Shown here in pieces: positions 8,967 to 17,464 of a stretch of 53,570 bases of DNA; positions within the stretch are counted from its first letter, which is position 1; the number at the start of each line of letters is the position of its first letter. The stretch covers positions 1 to 53,570 of the IMG/VR virus record IMGVR_UViG_3300028840_000680; one strand, given 5' to 3'. The translations under genes and the position numbers were made by a program. Below the pieces are notes generated by a model, which was not told where the DNA came from, searched no databases, and saw nothing but the letters and a program-made list of their open reading frames with translations. The stretch comes from a virus (lineage: Duplodnaviria > Caudoviricetes).

Positions 8967-9030
8967 TCCTCTGTGAGGATTGGGGAAGTAAAGACCCCCC
9001 TCACAATAAATAGTATTCTCGGGGGGGTTT
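8967..9030 (-). promoter_or_regulatory. Alternative RNA hairpins plus ACTATTTA motif upstream of endonuclease
   Basis: C-run/G-run hairpin around the motif (9007-9014); competing TGTGAGG/CCTCACA stem; TCCTC-ACA-GAGGA stem over the SD. Confidence 0.6.
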
Positions 9031-9035
9031 ATACC

Positions 9036-9344
9036 TTATTTTAAAGACAAAATCTTAATGTTTTTGTGTTTTTTGAGGTCTCCGGCTTCCATCCACCCTT
9101 GATCTGTAAAAACCTTGTGATCTGGTGTGAGACGGACACTTTTGCCATCTTTGGTTTTGATACGAATAATTTTGGCTTTCTTTCTTGTTAAATCTCCCCA
9201 TAGAACACGACGATACACTAATCGTTGTTCTTTTTCGCTATAAGAGAGCACAAAAAGTTCGTTGCCTTGTTTATAGTTTCTGACTACATCATCCAGTCTC
9301 ATCTGTCCCATAGAAGTATCCAAGATACTATCACCAGTCAAACA
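9036..9344 (-). mobile_element. Split intein N-fragment (IntN1, 102 aa)
   Basis: Block A CLTGDSILDT; block B KTKDGKSVRLTPDHKVFT..GWMEAGDL; ends at a stop codon. Confidence 0.93.
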
Positions 9345-9893
9345 AGCAGACGCAGCGATAATGCCTTCTGAATACTTGTCCAGCATCTTGTAATCAACAC
9401 GCGGATAACGGTAATAGTTCTCTTCGTTGTAAGACTCGGAAATAAGCTTGAAAAGGTTGTTTAGTCCTGTTTGGTTTTGAGCCAAAAGAACCAAATGACG
9501 ACGACGGTTTAGGATAGACTTGATAGCCTTCTTTGACTCTTTCTCATCCTCGACGGTAGCACCGGAAGTATCGCTCTTCGCAAGAGACTTTGCGAGTTTA
9601 GCGTCTTCCTTGATTCTATTGTATTCTCCTCTCCACTCCTCGATAGAAGGTAGGAAATAAGCTTCAACACCAAAGATAGGCTTGAAGTTCTTGCCTTCTG
9701 CCTTCATCTTCTTCCAATGAAGAAACTGATGTGAAAAACCATTCATATTTCCGTGGTCCGTCAGTGCGAGAGCTTCACAACCGTTTGAATAAGCCCAGTC
9801 CATATGTTCGTCTGGGTATCCTATTGCGTCAAAGATAGACCCCGCAACAGAATGCGCGTGAAGTCCAACAAAAGGTATCTTTTTATCCGTCAT
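9036..9893 (-). CDS. dnaE: DNA polymerase III alpha, fragment 1 (PHP N-part + IntN1)
   Basis: LHAHS, ALTDHG, PIFGVEAY, HLVLLAQN, YPRVD; the extein ends IIAASA. Confidence 0.95.
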   Translation of the reverse strand: MTDKKIPFVGLHAHSVAGSIFDAIGYPDEHMDWAYSNGCEALALTDHGNMNGFSHQFLHWKKMKAEGKNFKPIFGVEAYFLPSIEEWRGEYNRIKEDAKLAKSLAKSDTSGATVEDEKESKKAIKSILNRRRHLVLLAQNQTGLNNLFKLISESYNEENYYRYPRVDYKMLDKYSEGIIAASACLTGDSILDTSMGQMRLDDVVRNYKQGNELFVLSYSEKEQRLVYRRVLWGDLTRKKAKIIRIKTKDGKSVRLTPDHKVFTDQGWMEAGDLKKHKNIKILSLK

Positions 9894-10749
9894 TAACTTT
9901 TCCTTTTCTGTACATTAGTGTTTTCGATGGTCGCTTCATGCGCTTGCCGAGCGGCGACCCTAGTAAAGTAGCATACCCATCCCAGGTAGTCAAGTCATAA
10001 AACTCTTCAATCTCTTGGTCGTTGTTTGTGGGTCCTCCACCAAACACATCTTCAAGATTGTATTTTAGAGACACCAACCGTTCTTCTGGCGGCAACTTCT
10101 CCCTTGGTATCGCCTCTCCGTTAGTAGATTTCCAAACCGAAGCATTTTTGGTTATTGTATGTTTTGCTCTGCGCCACTCTTCTGGTTCCATAACAAATGA
10201 GATAGGATACCCGTCTCTTACCGTTTTGCCTTTGTGAGAAAAGTAGAATGTTTTCTTTTTCTGAACTTTTGCCCGATGTTTTAGCAGTTCTTTTGGATCA
10301 AGCATCCCCAAAGGAAATGAAACATAATAAGCAGCCGGTGTTGTCCATCGCGAGAACATACGCATAATCCAAAAGCATGCATTAGCGCCATAGATCGCAG
10401 ACCAAGCGTAGTTATCTACCCTATCTCTATGTTTCGGGTGAATAGGAACATAATAAATGGGAACTTCCAAATGATTGGGGCTGCCCCAGTTTTTGAACGC
10501 ACCTTGCTCCACAGAACGCATATCTGTCGCATATTCGCCTATGCGATGGCGGATAAGTGGGGCAATATCGTCGTTTGCGACAATCCAAATAGAGTTACAG
10601 CCAACGTGAATACATTCAAAAATAGCCGACTCTAATGCGGTATAGTTTGGAGCAACAGGTATTAGTGATGAGTCCCATTCCATACCAAACTCGGAAGTCA
10701 TTCCTGATACCGGGATGATCCCCGGTAGGTTTTCTTTGCTACGGGTCAT
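9883..10749 (-). CDS. Hypothetical protein, nucleotidyltransferase-like N-terminus
   Basis: GIIPVSG...LIPVAPNYTALESAIFECIHVGCNSIWIV resembles the NTP-sugar transferase N-terminus; divergent. Confidence 0.5.
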   Translation of the reverse strand: MTRSKENLPGIIPVSGMTSEFGMEWDSSLIPVAPNYTALESAIFECIHVGCNSIWIVANDDIAPLIRHRIGEYATDMRSVEQGAFKNWGSPNHLEVPIYYVPIHPKHRDRVDNYAWSAIYGANACFWIMRMFSRWTTPAAYYVSFPLGMLDPKELLKHRAKVQKKKTFYFSHKGKTVRDGYPISFVMEPEEWRRAKHTITKNASVWKSTNGEAIPREKLPPEERLVSLKYNLEDVFGGGPTNNDQEIEEFYDLTTWDGYATLLGSPLGKRMKRPSKTLMYRKGKVNDG

Positions 10750-11470
10750 ATAGAACTATTCTATCATCCAAATCTTCTGTTGTCTCGAAATAAAAGTTTC
10801 TTTTGCTTATGTGTCGGTCGCTATGTTGTAGTTTTAGGTATTCTTTGTTGTTTCTCTTCAATCCCATTTGCCTTATCTTTCTTTCCAAAAGCAAACGCAC
10901 GATTGTGTCGGAAAAATCAAAGTTTTTGATGTCCTCGGCATCAATAACACTTGTTGCCAAAAAGTCCTTGAACTCACCGGTCTTGTTTCTATCAACTCGG
11001 TTGGTTCTGATGGTTCTGAACTCTTTTACAAATGTGTCGTGGGGCTTGATCACAATATCGTGGCCAAGTTTGGAACCTACCGTAATATCAAAGGTATCCT
11101 TGACGGTGTAATCTTTGATAACCTGATCTACGCCATCAAAGTTACAGTTTTCAAGGTCAAAAATATGAAGGAAACCAAACTCAATCAAAATCTTGGTGTT
11201 TCCTTTTGTGATAATCTTCAATTTGTTGTCTTCCATTCCGATAGTTTGAATATCAAACGGAACAGGAAGTTTGGATTTCATTCCAAGTTCAAATATGCCG
11301 TTATACCAGTTGCTTTTTACATCTTCATAACGAAAGAAATGAACAAAAGGTCTTTGTTCATCATTGACGATTAGATGGTAGTTCTTTTTGTTCGCGAATG
11401 TAATCGCTTCTTCCCGCCAGCCAATCACAACATTGGGAAGTTTGATTTGTATAGGTGAAAGCCCAGTCAT
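10739..11470 (-). CDS. Hypothetical protein
   Basis: 243-aa ORF coupled to the downstream gene, directly preceded by a sigma70-like promoter. Confidence 0.7.
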   Translation of the reverse strand: MTGLSPIQIKLPNVVIGWREEAITFANKKNYHLIVNDEQRPFVHFFRYEDVKSNWYNGIFELGMKSKLPVPFDIQTIGMEDNKLKIITKGNTKILIEFGFLHIFDLENCNFDGVDQVIKDYTVKDTFDITVGSKLGHDIVIKPHDTFVKEFRTIRTNRVDRNKTGEFKDFLATSVIDAEDIKNFDFSDTIVRLLLERKIRQMGLKRNNKEYLKLQHSDRHISKRNFYFETTEDLDDRIVLYDP

Positions 11471-11476
11471 ACTACT

Positions 11477-11505
11477 AATGTAGCATAACCGGGCTTACAA
11501 GTCAA
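11477..11505 (-). promoter_or_regulatory. Sigma70-type promoter, probably leaderless transcript
   Basis: TTGACT-17 bp-TACATT with extended TG; ATG lies 6 nt after the -10. Confidence 0.7.
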
Positions 11506-11518
11506 GTGTTATTTTTAA

Positions 11519-11836
11519 TTAGGCGCCTATCACGACAACCTTATAGCGCGGCATCTCCGTACCCTCGGGCCCGACGCCCTCCGGATCGTGCCAGTCTCCT
11601 CCGTAGGAAATTTCCTTGTAGATTTGATCATCATAGATCCGGATGTTTTTAACGTTCATGGTCCCAAACTCGTGGGAGAAGGCGACGGGTGTATCGCCTG
11701 GGATCTTTGATAATTCTTCTATCATTTTATCCACCGTCATAATGTTTGCCGGCAACTCGCCATCGGTTTCTGCTTCGCTAACGGCATCAATCTCTTCTTT
11801 GATGATCTGCTGTAATCTTGCTTTGGTGAGTTTCAT
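11519..11836 (-). CDS. Hypothetical protein with MKLTKARLQQIIKEE leader (candidate internal head protein)
   Basis: N-terminal 16 aa identical to the neighbouring ORF; unrelated body. Confidence 0.75.
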   Translation of the reverse strand: MKLTKARLQQIIKEEIDAVSEAETDGELPANIMTVDKMIEELSKIPGDTPVAFSHEFGTMNVKNIRIYDDQIYKEISYGGDWHDPEGVGPEGTEMPRYKVVVIGA

Positions 11837-12257
11837 TCTGTTATTTCCTACTGCGCATCATGCGCTGTAAATCTTGATCATTATGATATAGCTCTTTCTC
11901 ATAATCTTTGCGGCCGAGCGACCAAGCGACAAGGGCGTCTAACCACCGGTGGCGCAGAGATCGTTGAAGCAGGCGCGAGCCGAGCCATGCTTGCGCTAAC
12001 CTTCTTGTTAGGTCTTCATAAGGGCGGAACGCATCATCCATGTACTCTTCATCCGGCCTTTTCGTGCCGCCGTAGCCTTCAAGGCCCATCAAGGCGTCAA
12101 GGATTATCTTGCGTGCCTCTGCCTTATCTGCTTCGTCTGCGTTTGAAAACAGCGCGCTGGCCATAAGTTCATCAATCTTGGCTTCCGGATCTTGTTCCGT
12201 TGCGGCTGCGATCTCTTCTTTGATGATCTGTTGTAATCTTGCTTTGGTTAGTTTCAT
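11790..12257. repeat. 47-bp direct repeat (11790-11836 / 12211-12257)
   Basis: The two copies differ at 2 positions and encode the shared leader. Confidence 0.9.
11841..12257 (-). CDS. Hypothetical protein with MKLTKARLQQIIKEE leader (candidate internal head protein)
   Basis: Same leader; GGAG RBS; ACTATTTA at 12298-12305 upstream. Confidence 0.75.
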   Translation of the reverse strand: MKLTKARLQQIIKEEIAAATEQDPEAKIDELMASALFSNADEADKAEARKIILDALMGLEGYGGTKRPDEEYMDDAFRPYEDLTRRLAQAWLGSRLLQRSLRHRWLDALVAWSLGRKDYEKELYHNDQDLQRMMRSRK

Positions 12258-12308
12258 TTTACTGCTCCTTTGGTAATTTGTTGTGTATCCAACAACTTAA
12301 ATAGTTAT

Positions 12309-12587
12309 TTATTCTGATAAAATTCCAATTACGTGGTTTTCTTTAATGACTGTAAAGGTTTGCCCATTGTGTTCAATATCTCGGAGCATATGAGCCTCCA
12401 CAACCAAACGAAGCTCAGCACCCCAGATCACATTATTTGAGGTTGTATGAGTCTGTAGTAGTTCTACCACCGCAAACGGCGATTCAACAGATCGGTAATC
12501 CTGTGGAAGTAGGATACCCACATCTTCGGTTTCATTGTCCTCTACTGTTTGAACGTAAAGGTAGTTATTTACTGGTACAAAGTTCAT
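12309..12587 (-). CDS. groES: GroES/gp31-like co-chaperonin
   Basis: MNFVPVNNYLYVQ...GILLP...GQTFTVIKENHVIGIL matches the cpn10 pattern. Start moved to MNF (GGAG RBS). Confidence 0.7.
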   Translation of the reverse strand: MNFVPVNNYLYVQTVEDNETEDVGILLPQDYRSVESPFAVVELLQTHTTSNNVIWGAELRLVVEAHMLRDIEHNGQTFTVIKENHVIGILSE

Positions 12588-12595
12588 TTTATCTC

Positions 12596-15025
12596 CTATC
12601 CGCAGCGGGCCCAGCCACATGACTGGCACGTCTGACATCCCTCAATATAAACCAAACCATCTTCGCCACACTCGGGGCAAGTCTTCTCACTTGCTTCCTG
12701 ACCATCAGGAATGTAGTTTTTGAGAATACGAGCAATACACTTGGAGAATGAGAACATATCAGAGTCCTTATCCTTCTGCAGCTGCTCAACAACATACTGA
12801 ATATTTGCTCCGTGGCGCAAACCAAGTGAAATAATCCGCGTCAAAGCACTGTGGTTTGGATTATCAAAGGTCTTTACTAGATCCTTGACGATAACTATAT
12901 CACCGTTTGTTCCAATGCGCAAGTCGTAAATGGAATTTACAGTCTTGCGGGGATTCTTGACAAGGACACCCTTTGTTTTACCTCTCGGAATCTCAATAAG
13001 GTTTGAAAGTCCTCCCATAACCTCATACGGCTTGCCATCTAGAAGACCAACCATAATAACCCACTTCTCGCCCTTAATGGTAGTGTGGTGGATGTTGCAT
13101 TCCAACTCCAAAGGACGCTTGGGGGCACGGTGCTGTGGGAATATTTCTTCGTCCTTCTTATCGTTCTCGGTTAGAAGAACGCCAGTTCGGGAACCATCAA
13201 CATATACAGTAATGCCTTTTAGACCCAACTCCCAGCCCTGTTGGTATAGTCTACCAACAACCTCTGGCTCTGTGCCCTTTGGAAGGTTGATTGTAGAACT
13301 GATAGAGTGATCAATAGACTTCTGGATTGCTGCCTGGATAGCGACACGCTGTGACCAATCAATAGAATCAGACTCAACAAAGAAATCAGGCAGTTGAGGT
13401 AGTTCTCTGTGATTGGTAAAGTTCTCGTTTATCCACTCCTGAACATTGTGGTGGAATACCTTATACTCCAACCAACGATCTCCCAGATCATCTACAAAGT
13501 CAGGCGTAACATCTGTCTCGTTGTGAGAAAGTTTACGACGACGAATGTAGTAGTTCTTGAATACGGGCTCCAAACCAGATGAAGTCTGCGACATAATAGA
13601 AACAGAACCAGTAGGCGCGTTTGTAAGAATAGAAATATTACGACGACCGTGTGCTTGGATTAGTTCTTGGATCTCACTTGGAAGACGCTGAATGAAAGCA
13701 TTATCCTTTTCAGTCTCCCAATCAAATACAGGGAAAACGCCGCGCTCTTGCGCAAGGTAACAACTTTCAGTGTAAGCGGTGTCTCTAATAGTCTCGTAGA
13801 TCTGCTCAATTAGAACCAGTGCCTCGTTTGAATCGTAAGCAAGATTCATTCGTGCAACAGCATCAGCAAGACCGTGAGTACCAAGACCAGTTCTGCGACC
13901 CTTGGCGGCAGCATTGTAAAGCTTGGTCCATAGTTCCTTCTCATCGTCTGAATCGGCAACAGCACGAATGTTCTCTAACTTCTCCAACTCCAACTCAACA
14001 AGGTTGTCGGAAAGACGCATACCTACGGATGCAATCAGCTTTAGTCTGTTGAAGTCAAAGCTAGCGTTCTCTGTGAAAGCATCCTGAACAAGATGCTTTA
14101 GATTTAAAGAAATAAGACGGCAAGAATCGTAAGCAGAAAGAGGGATCTCACCACAGGGATTAGTTGTCTTTGTTTGGAACTGCGGGTATGAGTGTGCTGG
14201 AAGGTTCTTTGTGATGTTGTCCCACATTAGAAGTCCCGGCTCTGCTGTCTTTGTAGCAGACTCAACAATATCGTTCCAAAGCTCTGTGGCATTCACAGTG
14301 CTAATGTGTGTTGGCGTCTCGGCATCTACAGGGAAACGAAGAGTAAACTCTCCTCCGTCCCTCACAGCCTCCATAAAGTCATCTGTAATCTTTACGGATA
14401 CATTGGCTCCTGTAACCTTTGTAAGGTCGTGCTTCATTCTTACAAACTCACGAATGTCCGGGTGACGAACATCCATAGAAATCATAAGAGCACCACGACG
14501 ACCGTTCTGTCCAATCATCCGACAAACATAAGAATAAAAGTCTGCGAAAGACCAAGCGCCAGTAGTAGTGCGAGCAGAGTTGTTAACGGGAGCACCCTCG
14601 GGACGCAAATCAGAAATATCAAGACCAACCCCACAACGACGCTTGAACAGATTAGCAATGTCCTTGCCAGCGTCCATAATGGATGAAATACTATCCTGTG
14701 GATTATCGACAACAACACAGTTAGAAAGCGATACATTAACATAATTATTTCCAATCCCCATCATAGGCGAACCCTGTGGAACAATGTATTTGAAGTTCTT
14801 TAAGTAAGAATAGATTTCTGATTCGGTAAGCTTGTTTCCACCAAACTTATCTTCCATCCGAGCAAACTCGGAAGCAATGCGACGATGCATATCATCGGGG
14901 GTCTTTTCAACATAGTTTCCTTTATTGTCGCGAAGACAATATTTCGTCATAAAAACGTTTGTAGCGAGTTCATCGCCATCAAAATAAGCTAATGTTGCTT
15001 CTCTTACCTGCTCTTCATTATACAT
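12596..15025 (-). CDS. nrdJ: Class II (B12-dependent) ribonucleotide reductase
   Basis: SLSNC, GVG, RRGALM, TNPCGEIPL, CRLISLNL, APTGS, SSGLEP, KGITVY; C-terminal Zn ribbon; no beta-subunit gene adjacent. Confidence 0.9.
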   Translation of the reverse strand: MYNEEQVREATLAYFDGDELATNVFMTKYCLRDNKGNYVEKTPDDMHRRIASEFARMEDKFGGNKLTESEIYSYLKNFKYIVPQGSPMMGIGNNYVNVSLSNCVVVDNPQDSISSIMDAGKDIANLFKRRCGVGLDISDLRPEGAPVNNSARTTTGAWSFADFYSYVCRMIGQNGRRGALMISMDVRHPDIREFVRMKHDLTKVTGANVSVKITDDFMEAVRDGGEFTLRFPVDAETPTHISTVNATELWNDIVESATKTAEPGLLMWDNITKNLPAHSYPQFQTKTTNPCGEIPLSAYDSCRLISLNLKHLVQDAFTENASFDFNRLKLIASVGMRLSDNLVELELEKLENIRAVADSDDEKELWTKLYNAAAKGRRTGLGTHGLADAVARMNLAYDSNEALVLIEQIYETIRDTAYTESCYLAQERGVFPVFDWETEKDNAFIQRLPSEIQELIQAHGRRNISILTNAPTGSVSIMSQTSSGLEPVFKNYYIRRRKLSHNETDVTPDFVDDLGDRWLEYKVFHHNVQEWINENFTNHRELPQLPDFFVESDSIDWSQRVAIQAAIQKSIDHSISSTINLPKGTEPEVVGRLYQQGWELGLKGITVYVDGSRTGVLLTENDKKDEEIFPQHRAPKRPLELECNIHHTTIKGEKWVIMVGLLDGKPYEVMGGLSNLIEIPRGKTKGVLVKNPRKTVNSIYDLRIGTNGDIVIVKDLVKTFDNPNHSALTRIISLGLRHGANIQYVVEQLQKDKDSDMFSFSKCIARILKNYIPDGQEASEKTCPECGEDGLVYIEGCQTCQSCGWARCG

Positions 15026-15027
15026 TG

Positions 15028-16410
15028 TTAGTTTTCTCCTTTGTTTTTCTTGAAGTTCTTGTATTTCTCTACGAGTGATTGCTTTTGCTTTTTAGCATTC
15101 ACTTCAACGTTTTCATCTTCCTCAGATGGTTGCAAAACCTTGATACTGACTGTGCTTGTATCCATAAAGATAGGGAATACAAGCCCATCAGGTCCATTTC
15201 TGTTCTTTGCTACAAAGACGCGACCAGAGTTCGCAACCTTATCATCCACAGTTCGGGAAACAGTGAAAATAAAGTCTGAAACGAAACATTTGTTGAACGC
15301 TTCTGAAATCGCCTCCATTGTAATAACTTCGGCATTCAAACCAGAACGGTTTGTCTGTGAAGCAGTCCAAATTGGACACTCCATTTCTGATGCGATGCCG
15401 CGAAGTTCTTCGTAAATAGTTTCTAGTTCGTTTCTCTTTTCTCTTTGTGAGCGAACCGGACGAAGAAGATCAGCATAATCAACAATAATCATATCAACAT
15501 TGATATTGCGCATCTTCAACTTTTCAAGGTGTGTCTTAATAGTGTGAGTTGTCGCAGACTTTGTTGGATACTCTTTGACGATTAGGCGACCTTCAATGTC
15601 CTGAACCTCTTCGTAAATCTTCTCCTTGAAAGACATAAGATTGCCCAAAGGCACCTTTGTGAGACAAGAGTCGTAACGAGATCCAATAACCGTATCTTGA
15701 AGTTCCAGTGTGTAATGAACAACAGTCTTGCCTGCTTTGAGAGCCTGTGTTCCAAGGTGAACGAGCACCATTGACTTACCGGCACCAGTCGGAGCAATAA
15801 CAACGCCAAGCTCCTTCTGTCCTAGTCCACCCTTACAAATGTTATCAATTAGATCCCAACCAGTTGAGATAGGGTTGCGGAACCGAGGCTTAAATCGCTC
15901 CTCAAAGTCCTTCTTCCAATCATAACCCTCATCGTTGTCCATACCAAGTTTCAGTGAGTCATTAATAACTTGTGAAATCTCATCATAAGACGAGTTCTGT
16001 AGAAGACCAATAGACTTGACCATCGCAGACTTGAGGTTCTGCTTTTTACAGAAATCAAGCGACGTATCCTTAATATACTCTACGTCTGTAAGATCCGCGA
16101 TTTGTGAGCGCACATAAAACTCGCGTACTTGCTTTGCTGTTAGCTCGTTCTCTGCGTCCAAGTCGGAACGCAGGATAGTCTTCATAATATCGCGTGATGG
16201 GTGAACCCCATACTTCTCGCGATAAGAGAAAACCTTTGTTAGAAATAGTTTTAGGTAGTTTAGCTCCAAAAAGTTAATGTCAAGGACTTCTTCAATCTGG
16301 TCAGCGAACGCACGGTCATCTAGTATTACCATACAAAGCTTTTCTTGGAAGGACTTGCCATACCTTGAGAAGTTAACGTTTTCGTTTTTACCAATGATAG
16401 TTTGATTCAT
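15028..16410 (-). CDS. dnaB: Replicative helicase (DnaB/T4 gp41-like)
   Basis: APTGAGKS Walker A, TLE, IIVDYADLL, TASQTNR, KNRNGP. Confidence 0.92.
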   Translation of the reverse strand: MNQTIIGKNENVNFSRYGKSFQEKLCMVILDDRAFADQIEEVLDINFLELNYLKLFLTKVFSYREKYGVHPSRDIMKTILRSDLDAENELTAKQVREFYVRSQIADLTDVEYIKDTSLDFCKKQNLKSAMVKSIGLLQNSSYDEISQVINDSLKLGMDNDEGYDWKKDFEERFKPRFRNPISTGWDLIDNICKGGLGQKELGVVIAPTGAGKSMVLVHLGTQALKAGKTVVHYTLELQDTVIGSRYDSCLTKVPLGNLMSFKEKIYEEVQDIEGRLIVKEYPTKSATTHTIKTHLEKLKMRNINVDMIIVDYADLLRPVRSQREKRNELETIYEELRGIASEMECPIWTASQTNRSGLNAEVITMEAISEAFNKCFVSDFIFTVSRTVDDKVANSGRVFVAKNRNGPDGLVFPIFMDTSTVSIKVLQPSEEDENVEVNAKKQKQSLVEKYKNFKKNKGEN

Positions 16411-16416
16411 AGCCAC

Positions 16417-16445
16417 ATCTTACTCCGTCACCAGTGCTTTGTCAA
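16417..16445 (-). promoter_or_regulatory. Sigma70-type promoter, probably leaderless transcript
   Basis: TTGACA-17 bp-TAAGAT; ATG (16410) lies 6 nt downstream. Confidence 0.7.
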
Positions 16446-17388
16446 TGCAGATTTTGTTCATAGTTCCGTGCAAATCCTCCCAATTAAAGACACCAAACCC
16501 ATCCTGATTCATCATACGAAGAATCTCGGTTTTGTTGTAGTCGTGCTCAAAGTTGTTTAGTGCGTAATGGACCTTTTCTTGACTCTGCAACGAGATGGCT
16601 GGCGCATACAGTTGCATAAGTTTATAGTTACTAATAACTATATCTTTGTGCTCTAAAACGTTAGAGAAAAACTTGGCTTTGGACTCTGTATTCTCGCAGA
16701 AATCGAAAACCTCGTGTAAAGTCACATCTTTATCTTCTCTCAGAAAATTAAGATTTTTTGCGATGGACTTGAGTCCGGCGCGAGGAACTCCCACAAGATT
16801 GTCGGAAGCATCACCAGCAATAGCCCGAGCAACAGCAAAGTTGCGAGGATGAATATCAAACTGCTCAACAATGTTCATCTTGTTGTGAACAACCTTCTGA
16901 GTCGGACGGAACAAGACAGTCTCATCATCACAAAGCTGAATGAAATCCTTGTCATTGGAAACAATAACCTTCTGCCATCCTTCGTAGTGTGGAAGGCGAC
17001 TAACATAAGAGATTACATCGTCAGCTTCAATCTCGTCAAAGCGGAACTGAATAACAGGTAGTTCGTTTAGATATTCAATCAAACGAACCTGCTGCCATAC
17101 CATATTCTCACGCTGCTGCTCGGGCGTAAGGTTGTTTGGACGGTTGACGCGGATAGGCTTGCGGCCCTCCTTGTAATTCTTGTTTTGCTGGCGGCGCTTA
17201 CGGGAGCCTCCTGGCCCATCCCAAACGATTACAATACTGTCTGGGTTGATGTCCCGGCAAAGCTTCTGCAGAATGCTTAGAAAGCCCTTCAGACCACCAA
17301 TAGGCTGTCCGTGGATCGAAATACTTGGATTTACAATGAACGCCCTAAAGTAAGCATTCAGAGCATCCACAATCATTACTCTTTTCAT
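16420..17388 (-). CDS. 5'-3' exonuclease / flap endonuclease (PolI N-terminal / T4 RNase H-like)
   Basis: IVDALN, VWDG, YKEGR, EADD, SNDKDFIQL, GDASDNLVGV. Confidence 0.92.
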   Translation of the reverse strand: MKRVMIVDALNAYFRAFIVNPSISIHGQPIGGLKGFLSILQKLCRDINPDSIVIVWDGPGGSRKRRQQNKNYKEGRKPIRVNRPNNLTPEQQRENMVWQQVRLIEYLNELPVIQFRFDEIEADDVISYVSRLPHYEGWQKVIVSNDKDFIQLCDDETVLFRPTQKVVHNKMNIVEQFDIHPRNFAVARAIAGDASDNLVGVPRAGLKSIAKNLNFLREDKDVTLHEVFDFCENTESKAKFFSNVLEHKDIVISNYKLMQLYAPAISLQSQEKVHYALNNFEHDYNKTEILRMMNQDGFGVFNWEDLHGTMNKICIDKALVTE

Positions 17389-17410
17389 TTGTTATCCCCT
17401 AACGTAGAAA

Positions 17411-17453
17411 GCGACTGTGGAGTAAGAATACCCCACAGCCGCCGGTTTGTCAA
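17411..17453 (-). promoter_or_regulatory. Sigma70 promoter overlapping a terminator-like hairpin
   Basis: TTGACA-17 bp-TATTCT; stem GCGGCTGTGGGGTA/TACTCCACAGTCGC followed by TTTCT. Confidence 0.7.
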
Positions 17454-17464
17454 CCCTTTTTTAC

